Positions 19,265-28,238 of a DNA stretch of 64,000 nt are shown here, piece after piece. This stretch comes from an uncultured bacterium (GTDB taxonomy: Bacteria; Edwardsbacteria; AC1; EtOH8): the NCBI GenBank assembly GCA_964588285.1, contig CAZPNX010000001.1, positions 70,954 to 134,953 on the forward strand. Direction: 5' to 3'. Below the pieces are notes generated by a model that did not search any database, was not told the DNA's origin, and worked only from the letters and a program-made list of their open reading frames with translations. Positions within the stretch are counted from its first letter, which is position 1, and the number at the start of each line of letters is the position of its first letter. A program made the translations under genes and the position numbers.

Positions 19265-20704
19265 TCAACTGGAGACGCCCACCTGGACATGCCGGAAGCG
19301 GGCCGGAGAAACGCCGTGGCCCACATGGGCCGACTGGCCGGGCTGTCCCTTGCCGCAGTTGGGAATGCCCCAGAGGCGCCAGGAACTGCGGTCGCATATG
19401 GCGTCGCAGGAGTTCCAGAACATTGGGGTCATCCCGGTATAGGTGGCGTTCTTGTAGGCCTGTCGGGTAATCCGACCGCCTTTTATCTTCCAGGCGATCT
19501 CGGTGGCGAACTGAAAGTTTAGCCTTTTGTCGTCTATGCTCCAGGTCTTGGTGGTGTCGAAAAGAATCCCGTCTTCGGTGTCGGCGATCAGATCCTCGTA
19601 GCGCCAGGATCCCGGCTCCAGGTTGATGTTGGTCATCCGGATCAAAGGTATCCGGTTCCAGCCGTCGGCCCGCATGGCACCGCCCGAGGTCTGGCCTAGC
19701 TTGGAGGCGGTCTCCCGCGAGGTCAGGTAGCCGGCAAAGCGCCCCCGGTCGATTATTGGCACCCGCTGGGCCGGCACCCCCTCGTCGTCCCAGCCGAAGG
19801 TGCCCAGACCTCCGGGCACAGTGGCGTCGGCATAGACGTTGACCAGGTCCGAGCCGTAGCGCAGCTGGTGCAGCTTGTCTAAGGTCAAAAAACTGGTGCC
19901 GGCATAGGCGGCCTCGGTGCCAAAGACCCGGTCCAGCTCGATGGGGTGGCCGATGGATTCGTGCACCTGCAGGGCCAGCTGGTTGGTGGCAATGATGATG
20001 GTGGCGCTGCCGGCCGGGCAGGACGGGGCCTTGAGCAGCATGGCTGCCTCGTCCGCCATCCGTTCGGCGTTGCCGGCCAAGTCCAGCCATTCGATAAACT
20101 CGTAGCCGGCCTGCTTGGTGTCGCCGCTAAGGTTGGGGTAACTGCGGGTCTGGACCTCGCGGCCGTCGACCGCCAGGGCCGAAATCTCGCCGCCGGATTC
20201 GGTGATTTCCTGATCTGTCAGGGTCCCCTCGGTAGAGGCCAAGGCCTTATGCTCGCGGGTGAACCACAGTGAGCCGTTGGCCACCTTTACCCTCCTGTTT
20301 TTCCGCATCAGCCGATCGGCCTCCAAAAGGAGGGAGATCTTGCGTTCCAGAGGAACGGCAAAGGGGTCCTTCTTCACCGCGGACCGGTAGGAACCGCGCG
20401 CCGGTTTCTGGGGGGCCAGCTTGACCGGCTCGGGCTTGGTGAGGGCCGAAGCCCGGGCTATCTCCAGGGCCGCCTTGACCACCCTGGGGATCTCCGAACT
20501 CTCCAGCCTGGCGCTGGAGGCGAAGCCCCAGGCACCCTTGGCCAGGACCCTGATTCCGAAGCCGGAGTTGCGGCCCGAGGTCACTGATTCCACGATGCCG
20601 TTGCGCACCGTTACCGATTCGCCCTGGGTGTCGGTGATGCGGACGTCGGCATAGTCGATCCCCGGGGGGAGGGAGGCTATGACTTTTAGGACGAAAGATT
20701 TCAT
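19265..20704 (-). CDS. tldD: TldD-family metallopeptidase
   Basis: 479 aa. HESIGH zinc motif and overall PmbA/TldD architecture. Confidence 0.9.
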   Translation of the reverse strand: MKSFVLKVIASLPPGIDYADVRITDTQGESVTVRNGIVESVTSGRNSGFGIRVLAKGAWGFASSARLESSEIPRVVKAALEIARASALTKPEPVKLAPQKPARGSYRSAVKKDPFAVPLERKISLLLEADRLMRKNRRVKVANGSLWFTREHKALASTEGTLTDQEITESGGEISALAVDGREVQTRSYPNLSGDTKQAGYEFIEWLDLAGNAERMADEAAMLLKAPSCPAGSATIIIATNQLALQVHESIGHPIELDRVFGTEAAYAGTSFLTLDKLHQLRYGSDLVNVYADATVPGGLGTFGWDDEGVPAQRVPIIDRGRFAGYLTSRETASKLGQTSGGAMRADGWNRIPLIRMTNINLEPGSWRYEDLIADTEDGILFDTTKTWSIDDKRLNFQFATEIAWKIKGGRITRQAYKNATYTGMTPMFWNSCDAICDRSSWRLWGIPNCGKGQPGQSAHVGHGVSPARFRHVQVGVSS

Positions 20705-20854
20705 GTGATAGAGACTCCAGAGGATGTCAGTTTGTTTTTAGTATACCACATAGAAAGTCTTTTTATCAAGGGAAAACAGGCCTATCGGTCCATTCCACAG
20801 AGGCTGGCTCCCTTGCAACCGGACGGGCAAAGTGATATATTTGGGTAAGGAGAC

Positions 20855-21322
20855 ATGCATATGGCGTATGGGAAAAAGATCAAGGCCAGGCTGGGCCCCG
20901 GTCTGTCGGGGGTATTCGCATTCGAACGGAAATCGAGGCTGAAACTGCCGCTATATTTGGCCAAGGTGCCGGCCGGGTTCCCCTCGCCGGCCGACGATTT
21001 TTTGGACAAGAGGCTGGACCTCAACGAGCACTTGGTGAAGCACCCGGCGGCCACCTTTTTTGTCAAGGTCCAGGGCAGTTCCATGATCCAGGCCGGCATT
21101 CATTCCGGGGACATTCTGATAGTGGATCGGGCCTTGGAGCCGGCCGACAAAAGGATCGTGGTGGCCGCGGTCAACGGCGAGCTGACCGTCAAACGGCTGC
21201 GCAAGAGGAAGGAACGGGTATTCCTGGCCTCGGAGAACCCCGACTTCAAGGATATGGAGGTCACCTCGGAGATGGGTTTCGAGGTCTGGGGGGTGGTGAC
21301 CCACGTGATACACGCATTATGA
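20855..21322 (+). CDS. umuD: UmuD-like S24 peptidase (error-prone polymerase accessory / LexA-type autoprotease)
   Basis: Cleavage-site-like region, Ser nucleophile in GSSM, Lys in TVKRL; about 150 aa. Confidence 0.8.
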   Translation: MHMAYGKKIKARLGPGLSGVFAFERKSRLKLPLYLAKVPAGFPSPADDFLDKRLDLNEHLVKHPAATFFVKVQGSSMIQAGIHSGDILIVDRALEPADKRIVVAAVNGELTVKRLRKRKERVFLASENPDFKDMEVTSEMGFEVWGVVTHVIHAL

Positions 21323-21625
21323 GGGACGCTCTCACAAAGGCGCCAAGACACGAAGGTGGTCCGTTATATCTTATAGGGATATTCTAACATATTATCTATT
21401 TTAGAACCTCTAAAAATCGCGTTTTGTCTATGTTTCGACCATGCCCAACATGACAAAACGCCATATATATATACGGGCCATGCTGAGTCCAGCTTGCGGT
21501 GAGCTGGACCCTGAGCCTGCCGAAGGGTTGCCGAACCCGTCGAAGTATGACCGCACCTAACGATGGCATTTTTAGAGGTTCCCTAAAGAATATTCTCAGC
21601 GTCTTTGTGTCTTTGTGAGAGAAAC
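21323..21625. mobile_element. AT-rich 303-bp insert with nested terminal inverted repeats (MITE-like) exactly between umuD stop and umuC start
   Basis: Outer IR: ctctcacaaag[gcgcc]aagacac (21329-21351) against gtgtctt-tgtgagag (21607-21622). Inner perfect 14-bp IR: gaacctctaaaaat (21403-21416) against atttttagaggttc (21566-21579). Internal hairpins gcgttttgtc/gacaaaacgc and gtccagc/gctggac. GC is far below that of the flanking genes. Confidence 0.4.
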
Positions 21626-22894
21626 ATGCGCCCCGTCTTCGCCCTGGTGGACTGCAACAGCTTCTACGCCTCCTGCGAGCAAGTGTTCGACCCGCGTCTC
21701 AGGAACAGGCCGGTGGTGGTCCTCTCCAACAACGACGGCTGCGTCATCGCCCGCTCGGCTGAGGCCAAGGCAGTGGGCATCCGCATGGCTGAGCCCTTCT
21801 TCGAGCAGCAGGACCTGATCCTGAAGCACGGCGTCCAGGTGTTCTCGGCTAATTTCACCCTCTACGGAGACATGTCCAACCGGGTGATGGAGGTGTTGCG
21901 CCAGTTCAGTCCGGGCATGGAGGTCTATTCCATCGACGAGGCCTTTTTGGACTTGACGGGATTCCAGGGAAGCCTGGAGGACTATGGGCGGAAGATAAAG
22001 AACACAGTCCACCGCTGGACCGGAATCCCCACCTCTATCGGCATCGGGCCCACCAAGACCCTGTCGAAGATCGCCAACCGCATCGCCAAAAAGGAAAAGG
22101 CGGCCAGGGGCGTCTTCGACATCACCGACCATCCTGAAATCGATCGTTTACTGGAATCCATCGAGGTGGGCGATGTCTGGGGCATTGGCCGCCGCTACGC
22201 CAAATTTCTGAACAGCCGGGGGGTAACCAATGCCCGCCAGCTGCGGGACCTGCCGGTCAAGTTCGTCAGGCAGAGGATGACGGTCATAGGGTTGAGGACG
22301 GTCACCGAGCTGCGCGGCCAGCCCTGTATCGAGCTAGACCAGGCCGTCCGAGACAAGAAAAATCTTTTGTCCTCCCGTTCCTTCGGTCAGCCGGTGAGGG
22401 AGAGAGCGGAGATGGAGCAGGCGGTGGCCGAATACGCCTCGATGTCGGCTGAGAAACTGAGGCGGCAGGCCAGCCGAACATCGGCCGTCTCGGTCTTCAT
22501 CGAGACCGACACCTTCCGCGACGGGCCCCAATACCGCAACTTCGCCACCGCCGGCCTTCCCGTGCCCACGGCCTACACCCCGGAAATCATTCGGGCGGCT
22601 CACCGGGCTCTGGACAGGATCTTCCTCCCGGGTTACGCCTACAAGAAGGCCGGGGTGATGCTGTCCGAGGTGGTGCCCGACTCGAGGGTCCAGCTGGATG
22701 CCTTTGCTTATGACGGGGGGATACAGGTCAAACAATCGGTGATGCGGGCCATGGATTCCATCAACGCCAGGATGGGCCGCAACAAAGTGTTTTACGCCGC
22801 CCAAGGCATGGAAAAGACCTGGGGCATGCGGCAAAAGAGGCTCTCCAGGCGGTTCACCACCCGGTGGGACGAGATACCGACCGTCAAGGCCTGA
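21626..22894 (+). CDS. umuC: Y-family DNA polymerase, UmuC-like (Pol V catalytic subunit)
   Basis: MRPVFALVDCNSFYASCEQVF N-terminus and Y-family palm/fingers motifs. ATG 21626 is preferred over the TTG at 21605 that lies within the inverted repeat. Confidence 0.9.
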   Translation: MRPVFALVDCNSFYASCEQVFDPRLRNRPVVVLSNNDGCVIARSAEAKAVGIRMAEPFFEQQDLILKHGVQVFSANFTLYGDMSNRVMEVLRQFSPGMEVYSIDEAFLDLTGFQGSLEDYGRKIKNTVHRWTGIPTSIGIGPTKTLSKIANRIAKKEKAARGVFDITDHPEIDRLLESIEVGDVWGIGRRYAKFLNSRGVTNARQLRDLPVKFVRQRMTVIGLRTVTELRGQPCIELDQAVRDKKNLLSSRSFGQPVRERAEMEQAVAEYASMSAEKLRRQASRTSAVSVFIETDTFRDGPQYRNFATAGLPVPTAYTPEIIRAAHRALDRIFLPGYAYKKAGVMLSEVVPDSRVQLDAFAYDGGIQVKQSVMRAMDSINARMGRNKVFYAAQGMEKTWGMRQKRLSRRFTTRWDEIPTVKA

Positions 22895-23029
22895 TCGCTA
22901 AAGTTCGACATGTTCCATATGTTTGATAAGTTGAAGACGTTGGACATGCCGGTGTTCCAACGTCCGAATGTTCGAAACTTATCAAACCCCTCAAACCTAT
23001 AAGAACATCTACAACTGGTGAAAAGAGAG
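22895..23029. promoter_or_regulatory. Structured umuC-SRAP intergenic region with nested inverted repeats and GAACAT/ATGTTC motifs
   Basis: 11-bp IR tttgataagtt/aacttatcaaa enclosing 9-bp IR gacgttgga/tccaacgtc. Several (C)GAAC..GTTC(G)-like half-sites, e.g. ttcgacatgttccatatg and ccgaatgttcgaaac. Confidence 0.35.
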
Positions 23030-23692
23030 ATGTGCGGCCGTTTCGTTCGCAAAGCCACCGAGGAGGAGATCGCCGAGGAGTTCGAGGTCGAGGCCGGCGA
23101 TTTCCCGTTCAAAATGGAGCCCCGCTACAACATCGCCCCGGGCCAGCAGGCGGCGGCGGTGCTGTTCGACGGCAGGAGGAAGGTCGAGGGCCTGCAGTGG
23201 GGTCTGATACCCTTCTGGGCCAAGGACCCCAAGATCGGCTACAAGCTGATCAACGCCCGGGCCGAGACTTTGGCCTCCAAGCCCAGCTTTCGCAATTCGC
23301 TTAAGAATAAGCGATGTCTGGTGGTGGCCGACGGTTTCTACGAATGGCGCCAGGAAGGCTCCAAGAAGACCCCCATGTTCGTCCGATTGAAAAGCGGAAA
23401 ACCCTTCGGCTTCGCCGGTCTCTACGACGACTGGAAATCGCCCGAGAGGAAAAAAATCAGGACCTTCACCATCATCACCACCTTGCCCAACAAACTGCTG
23501 GCGCCCATCCACGACCGGATGCCGGTAATATTGCCCAGGGAGGCCTATGGCGCCTGGCTTGGCGAGGAAAACGGCAGGGAGATTCTTGAACTGATGAGGC
23601 CTTTTCCTGAAAAGGCAATGGAGGCTTACAGAGTCTCTCCGGCGGTGAACTCGCCCAACAACGACGGCCCGGACTGCATCCGGCCTATTTGA
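23030..23692 (+). CDS. yedK: SOS-response-associated peptidase (SRAP/YedK/HMCES family; abasic-site DNA-protein crosslinking)
   Basis: Start Met-Cys-Gly-Arg (MCGRF) places the catalytic Cys at position 2. Conserved NIAPGQ, LQWGLIPFWAK and VADGFYEW motifs. Confidence 0.9.
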   Translation: MCGRFVRKATEEEIAEEFEVEAGDFPFKMEPRYNIAPGQQAAAVLFDGRRKVEGLQWGLIPFWAKDPKIGYKLINARAETLASKPSFRNSLKNKRCLVVADGFYEWRQEGSKKTPMFVRLKSGKPFGFAGLYDDWKSPERKKIRTFTIITTLPNKLLAPIHDRMPVILPREAYGAWLGEENGREILELMRPFPEKAMEAYRVSPAVNSPNNDGPDCIRPI

Positions 23693-23698
23693 AATGGT

Positions 23699-25111
23699 AT
23701 GGTCCAACCGTTTCGATCTGCCCACCGGTATTTTATACCAGAACACCTGCCGTGGACAGGTTTGCCCTGGTTTCCGGCCAGAGTTGTGCTGTCGAAAGCG
23801 GCCATTCTCCGATTAACCGGCGAGTGGAAAACTGCGTTGGCGCTGCTCGAAAAGACCGAGGCTGTCTTAGGGGCCACTGGGGATAACTGCCTTGAAGCAA
23901 AGACCAGAGCGGAACGTGCAAAGCTGCTTCTTAACCGAGGAGAGTACCAGGAGGCAGGACAGCTATTAGACGGCCTAATAACGAACACGGAGGCGGACAC
24001 CGCATTCCATCATGAACTTCTGCTATCTCGCGGCACAGTGAGCCACAGGCAATGTAAGTACCAAGAAGCCCTTGACTACTTTTCCCGGGCCGCGGCTCTG
24101 TGCCCGTTACTGAATGCCGGCGCCGCCAATACCGACGCTGCCATAGGAATAGTCTACTACACCCTGGGACAGTATGATCAAGCATTGAGTCATTATTTAA
24201 GTGCATTTACTTCGGCCGAACAGTCCAATGACCTGTCTCTTCTCGGAAGAATGGCTAATAACATCGGCATCATTTATCAACAGAGAGGTGATTACGAATC
24301 AGCCTTGAGCTTGTTCAACAGAACTCTTGAGGCCATGACAAAGATGGGGAATCTTCAAGGCATCAGCCAGGTATACATTAACATCGGGGGCATCTACTAC
24401 AATAAAAACGAAAACGATGCCTCCTTTGAGTACTACCAGAAGGCTTTGGACATCGCCCTCAGGATTGGAGACATGCCTCAAGAAGCGAAGCTCTACGGAA
24501 ATATGGGCGTGGTCTGTATCGACATCAAGGATTATGCCGCCGCCGGTGCTTATCTCAACAGGTACCTCCATTTGTCGGAAAAACTCGGAGATAAGCGGGG
24601 ACAAGCTATTGCTTTGACAAACCTCGGCTTGCTGAGTGTCGTTCAAGGTTCTCCGTCTGAAGCCCGCGCCTCTTTAGAGCGCGCCATCGGAATACTCCGG
24701 GCATTGAGCGACCGTCGCAGTTTGAGCTACGCCCTGGGTCTGCTCGGAGACGCGTTGCTGCTCGAATCGGAGCGCGAGTTTGCTGAATTGGCCCTGAATG
24801 AGGCGTTGATGTTGAGCGAGGAATTGAACCTAAAGCAATTCAAAGCCGAGCAGCTTTTCATTCATGCCATGTTGCTGATCGCTGGCGGAGACGTAGACGG
24901 CGCCTGCCGTTCAGCCGCCGAGTCCAAAAGCATCGCGGAAACCACAGGGGAAACCGTCTTGCTGGAAAAACTAGAGGTGGTCGACCTTGTAACCTCCTGG
25001 CTGAAAGGATCCCCGGACTCGTTTGCCAAATTAAATGCCTTGTCGGGCGAGAGAAGAAAACTGGCAGACCGGTTGCTCGCCGGGAAAAACTGCTATGACC
25101 CTCCAAGATAA
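23699..25111 (+). CDS. TPR-repeat protein; its central part is compositionally atypical (lower GC)
   Basis: 470 aa of tandem TPR-like repeats. GC drops to roughly 48-50% between ~23950 and 24900. The start is uncertain because no clear RBS is present. Confidence 0.6.
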   Translation: MVQPFRSAHRYFIPEHLPWTGLPWFPARVVLSKAAILRLTGEWKTALALLEKTEAVLGATGDNCLEAKTRAERAKLLLNRGEYQEAGQLLDGLITNTEADTAFHHELLLSRGTVSHRQCKYQEALDYFSRAAALCPLLNAGAANTDAAIGIVYYTLGQYDQALSHYLSAFTSAEQSNDLSLLGRMANNIGIIYQQRGDYESALSLFNRTLEAMTKMGNLQGISQVYINIGGIYYNKNENDASFEYYQKALDIALRIGDMPQEAKLYGNMGVVCIDIKDYAAAGAYLNRYLHLSEKLGDKRGQAIALTNLGLLSVVQGSPSEARASLERAIGILRALSDRRSLSYALGLLGDALLLESEREFAELALNEALMLSEELNLKQFKAEQLFIHAMLLIAGGDVDGACRSAAESKSIAETTGETVLLEKLEVVDLVTSWLKGSPDSFAKLNALSGERRKLADRLLAGKNCYDPPR

Positions 25112-26888
25112 GATCGCTAAGTTCCCGGAAACCTCCGGCGTCTACCTGTTCAAGGACGCGAACGGAGTCATCCTTTACATCGGCAAGGCCAAGAGCGTCC
25201 GGGAGAGGGTGCGGAACCATTTTGCCGGCACCGAGGACCCCAAGGAACGGGCTTTGATATCGGCCACTGCGGACGTGGAGTACATCCTGACCGACTCCGA
25301 GATCGAGGCCCTGATAGTCGAGGCCGAGCTGGTGCGCCAGCACCAGCCCAGGTACAATATCCGTCTCAAGGACGACAAGAAGTTTCCCTGGATCAAGGTC
25401 ACCAAAGAGCCGTTTCCCAGAATATTCGTCACCCGCAACCTGGCCGACGACGGCTCCAAGCTCTACGGCCCTTACACCGACGCCGCGTCTCTCAAACACA
25501 CCATGCACCTGGTCAAGCAGGTGTTTCCATTGCGCTCCTGCTCCCACCAGCTGCCCGAGAATCCGCCCCCCCGGCCTTGCCTCAACTACCAGATAGGCCG
25601 CTGCCTGGCCCCCTGCGCCGGAAAGATCAGCCAAACCGAGTACCAGACCATGGTCAGGATGGCCACCGGATACCTGACCGGAAGAGGGAAGGCCTTGGTG
25701 AAGGACTTGGAAAGGCTCCGCGACCAAGCGGCCGCCAGACTGGATTTCGAGCAGGCGGCCCATTGGAGGGACCGGATTAACAACCTGGAAGCGGTCTCGG
25801 CCCGCCAAAAGGTCGTTCTGCGCGATGGCCAGGACACGGACTTCATCGCCTTCGAGCGGTCAGGGGACAGGATGCTGTTCACCGTGCTTCAGTTCAGAGA
25901 CGGCAAACTAGTTGCCAGAAACGACAGGATATTGGAAGTGCCGTTGGAGGAGATGGACAGCGATCCGATATCTAATTTTATAACATATTATTATATCAAA
26001 GGATTAACAATACCAATTAATGTGATTATTCAAAAATTACCAAAAAATAATAATTTACTTGAAAAATGGCTGACCAAGATCAAAGGAGAAAAAGTATTAA
26101 TAAAATTGCCTCATACTTCGCTTGAAAAACGCCTGATCAACCTGACATACAAGCAGGTCCAGTCAAAGATAGACGAGTTCCTGGCCCACCGAGAGAAACT
26201 CTCCTCAAAAACGGTTAAACCGCTAAAGGAGCTTCAGCAGTCGCTGGGACTTAAAGAAATCCCCAGGTTAGTGACCGCCTTCGACATCTCCAATCTGGCC
26301 GGCACCGACAGCGTGGGCTCGGCCGTCCAGTTCAAGGACGGCAGGCCGTACAAGACAGGCTATCGGCAGTTCAAGATCGGAACGGTCCAAGGCCAGAACG
26401 ACGTGGGCATGATGCGCGAGGTGCTGGAGCGCTACCTGGACCATCTGGAGGAGAAGGGCGCCGACCTGCCGGACCTGATACTGGTGGACGGGGGCGTTCC
26501 CCAGCTGCGGGCGGCCTTGAAAGTGAGGGAGGAAAAGGGCTATAATTTCCCGGTAGCCGGGCTGGCCAAAAGGCTGGAGGAGATCTACCTGGAGACCGGG
26601 GAGGTGGTCAGCCTGCCCAAGCACTCTTCGGCCCTGCACCTGGTCCAGCGTCTGCGCGACGAGGCCCACCGCTTCGCTCAGCGCTACCACCACAAGCTGA
26701 GGGAGAAGAAGGTCTCCCACAGCGGCCTGGAGGACATCCGAGGCATCGGCCCCAAGACCGCCCAGAAGCTGCTGAAGGCGTTCGGTAGCGCGCAGAAGGT
26801 GAGGGAGGCGTCTTTAGAAGAATTGGAACAAGTAGTGGGCGGCAGGGTGGCTCGGAAGATAATATCATCAATGTTGAGCAAATCATGA
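25095..26888 (+). CDS. uvrC: Excinuclease ABC subunit C
   Basis: GIY-YIG N-terminus (GVYLFKD...LYIGKAKSV), UvrBC domain, RNaseH-like endonuclease domain and C-terminal HhH (IRGIGPKTAQKLL). Start is at MTLQDK (25095). Confidence 0.9.
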   Translation: MTLQDKIAKFPETSGVYLFKDANGVILYIGKAKSVRERVRNHFAGTEDPKERALISATADVEYILTDSEIEALIVEAELVRQHQPRYNIRLKDDKKFPWIKVTKEPFPRIFVTRNLADDGSKLYGPYTDAASLKHTMHLVKQVFPLRSCSHQLPENPPPRPCLNYQIGRCLAPCAGKISQTEYQTMVRMATGYLTGRGKALVKDLERLRDQAAARLDFEQAAHWRDRINNLEAVSARQKVVLRDGQDTDFIAFERSGDRMLFTVLQFRDGKLVARNDRILEVPLEEMDSDPISNFITYYYIKGLTIPINVIIQKLPKNNNLLEKWLTKIKGEKVLIKLPHTSLEKRLINLTYKQVQSKIDEFLAHREKLSSKTVKPLKELQQSLGLKEIPRLVTAFDISNLAGTDSVGSAVQFKDGRPYKTGYRQFKIGTVQGQNDVGMMREVLERYLDHLEEKGADLPDLILVDGGVPQLRAALKVREEKGYNFPVAGLAKRLEEIYLETGEVVSLPKHSSALHLVQRLRDEAHRFAQRYHHKLREKKVSHSGLEDIRGIGPKTAQKLLKAFGSAQKVREASLEELEQVVGGRVARKIISSMLSKS

Positions 26889-26968
26889 TTGCCGAGCATA
26901 TAATTACAAAGGATCTTTATGGTTTTTAGTGGGTAAGAATAAATAGTATTACAATATATCTTTTTCAT

Positions 26969-26996
26969 GATACTTTCTTGTGACCAAGAAAGTATC
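26969..26996. repeat. Perfect 12-bp stem hairpin downstream of uvrC
   Basis: gatactttcttg-tgac-caagaaagtatc. A related ctttctctt-ttg-aagagaaag hairpin lies at 27342-27362 and ggcttata-acaatc-tataagcc at 27396-27417. Confidence 0.4.
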
Positions 26997-27620
26997 CAAA
27001 GAAGTCTTTCCGCCGTTCGACCGAGCTCAGGCCGAGGCCCAGCGCTGCGGAGGGTCAGGCATCCGCGCTGGCACTCATTGAACCAGAACCTGCAGGGAGC
27101 TAAATACCCAATGAGTGCTTCTTCGGCGCTGAAGCCAGGCCGCACCGCTGATGGCGGGACCCCCGGGCCTGAACCCCGAAGGTGTTACAGCCCGCAGGCG
27201 TGGGTCGCATCACCGCTGCTGCTAGGAGGAGGCTGTCGTGAAGAAAGCATTGACTGCGTTGGCTATATTTCGTGATCAATGCTTTTAGACAGCCGGCATT
27301 GGAGCATCAGGTCAGCGGTGTAGCGACAGTTCTCTTTGGAGCTTTCTCTTTTGAAGAGAAAGCGGGAAAGTAGTCATGTTATAATGAACTCTATGGGCTT
27401 ATAACAATCTATAAGCCTTAGGATTATACCCCTCTAATTCACCTGTAATGCCCACACAAAACCCGGAAGAGCCATTACAAACAATACCAAAACTCCCGAT
27501 AACTATATCTAATATTGAATTTGCAATTTTCGTTTTTTCTGAATTTGATATCCAATTTTTACTTCTATCTTACGCATGAACTCTTTTCGACTTTAAACTT
27601 CAAACTTTTAACTTTCATTA

Positions 27621-28238
27621 ATGCCCCAAGGCCATCTGGAAGTCATCTGCGGCTGCATGTTCAGCGGCAAGACCGAGGAGCTGATCCGGCGCCTCAAGCG
27701 GGCCACCTACGCCCGCCAGAGGGTGCAGGTCTTCAAGCACCGGCTGGACGACCGCTACGACGAGCTAAGCCTGGCCTCGCACAGCGGCCTCAAGCTGCCG
27801 ACCTACGCCGCGGCCGACGCCTCCTCGTTGGTGCGGGCAGTGGAGCCGGGCACCGAGGTGGTGGGCATAGACGAAGTCCAGTTCTTCGGTGAGGACGTGG
27901 TCTGGGCCATCGAGGAGCTTGTGCGCGGCGGGCTGCGGGTGGTGGCCTCGGGCCTGGACCTGGATTTTAAGGGCGAGCCATTCGGGCCCATGCCGCGCCT
28001 GCTGGCCACGGCCGAGACCGTGGACAAGCTGTCGGCCATCTGCGTGGTCTGCGGGCAGGCGGCCACCCGCAGCCAGCGCCTGATAGACGGCCATCCGGCC
28101 CCTTGGGACGCCCCAGTGGTCTCCATCGGATCGTCGGAGCAGTACCAGGCCCGTTGCCGCTCCTGCCACCAGGTGCCCGGGGCCCCGGCCCACCGGGAGT
28201 TCTGCAGGTCAAGACAGATGGAGATAGGGGGGACCTAA
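27621..28238 (+). CDS. tdk: Thymidine kinase
   Basis: P-loop GCMFSGKTEEL and C-terminal zinc-ribbon cysteines CVVCG...CRSCH. Confidence 0.9.
   Translation: MPQGHLEVICGCMFSGKTEELIRRLKRATYARQRVQVFKHRLDDRYDELSLASHSGLKLPTYAAADASSLVRAVEPGTEVVGIDEVQFFGEDVVWAIEELVRGGLRVVASGLDLDFKGEPFGPMPRLLATAETVDKLSAICVVCGQAATRSQRLIDGHPAPWDAPVVSIGSSEQYQARCRSCHQVPGAPAHREFCRSRQMEIGGT

Noticed and set aside
19261-19326. ORF-track start of the TPR lipoprotein at 19326
   Set aside because: It would overlap the tldD 3' end by 62 nt. The internal MSKQK start (19260) leaves a 4-nt gap and precedes the lipoprotein signal.
20705-20854. E. coli-type LexA box (CTGT-N8-ACAG) or Cheo box upstream of umuD
   Set aside because: No match was found upstream of umuD. 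GAAC/GTTC-like half-sites are seen only in the umuC-SRAP spacer, and the lineage's LexA motif is unknown.
21605-21625. ORF-track start of umuC at 21605 (TTG, MCLCERN...)
   Set aside because: The extension lies inside the right inverted repeat of the insert. The ATG at 21626 gives the canonical UmuC N-terminus (MRPVFALVDCNSFYASCE).
26967-27275. 102-aa ORF (and the opposite 153-aa ORF at 26684-27145) in the uvrC-tdk intergenic GC island
   Set aside because: No start context or recognisable domain, the composition is Arg/Pro/Gly-biased, and one of them overlaps the uvrC 3' end. The region is treated as non-coding or structured DNA instead.
27000-27330. Possible RNase P RNA, tmRNA or SRP RNA in the GC-rich island
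   Set aside because: I checked by eye for the P4 strands (GGAAAGUCCGG / ACAGAA.CCGGCUUA), the tmRNA termini (GGGG... / ...UUCGA.UCC..CCA) and the SRP domain IV motif. None is present on either strand.
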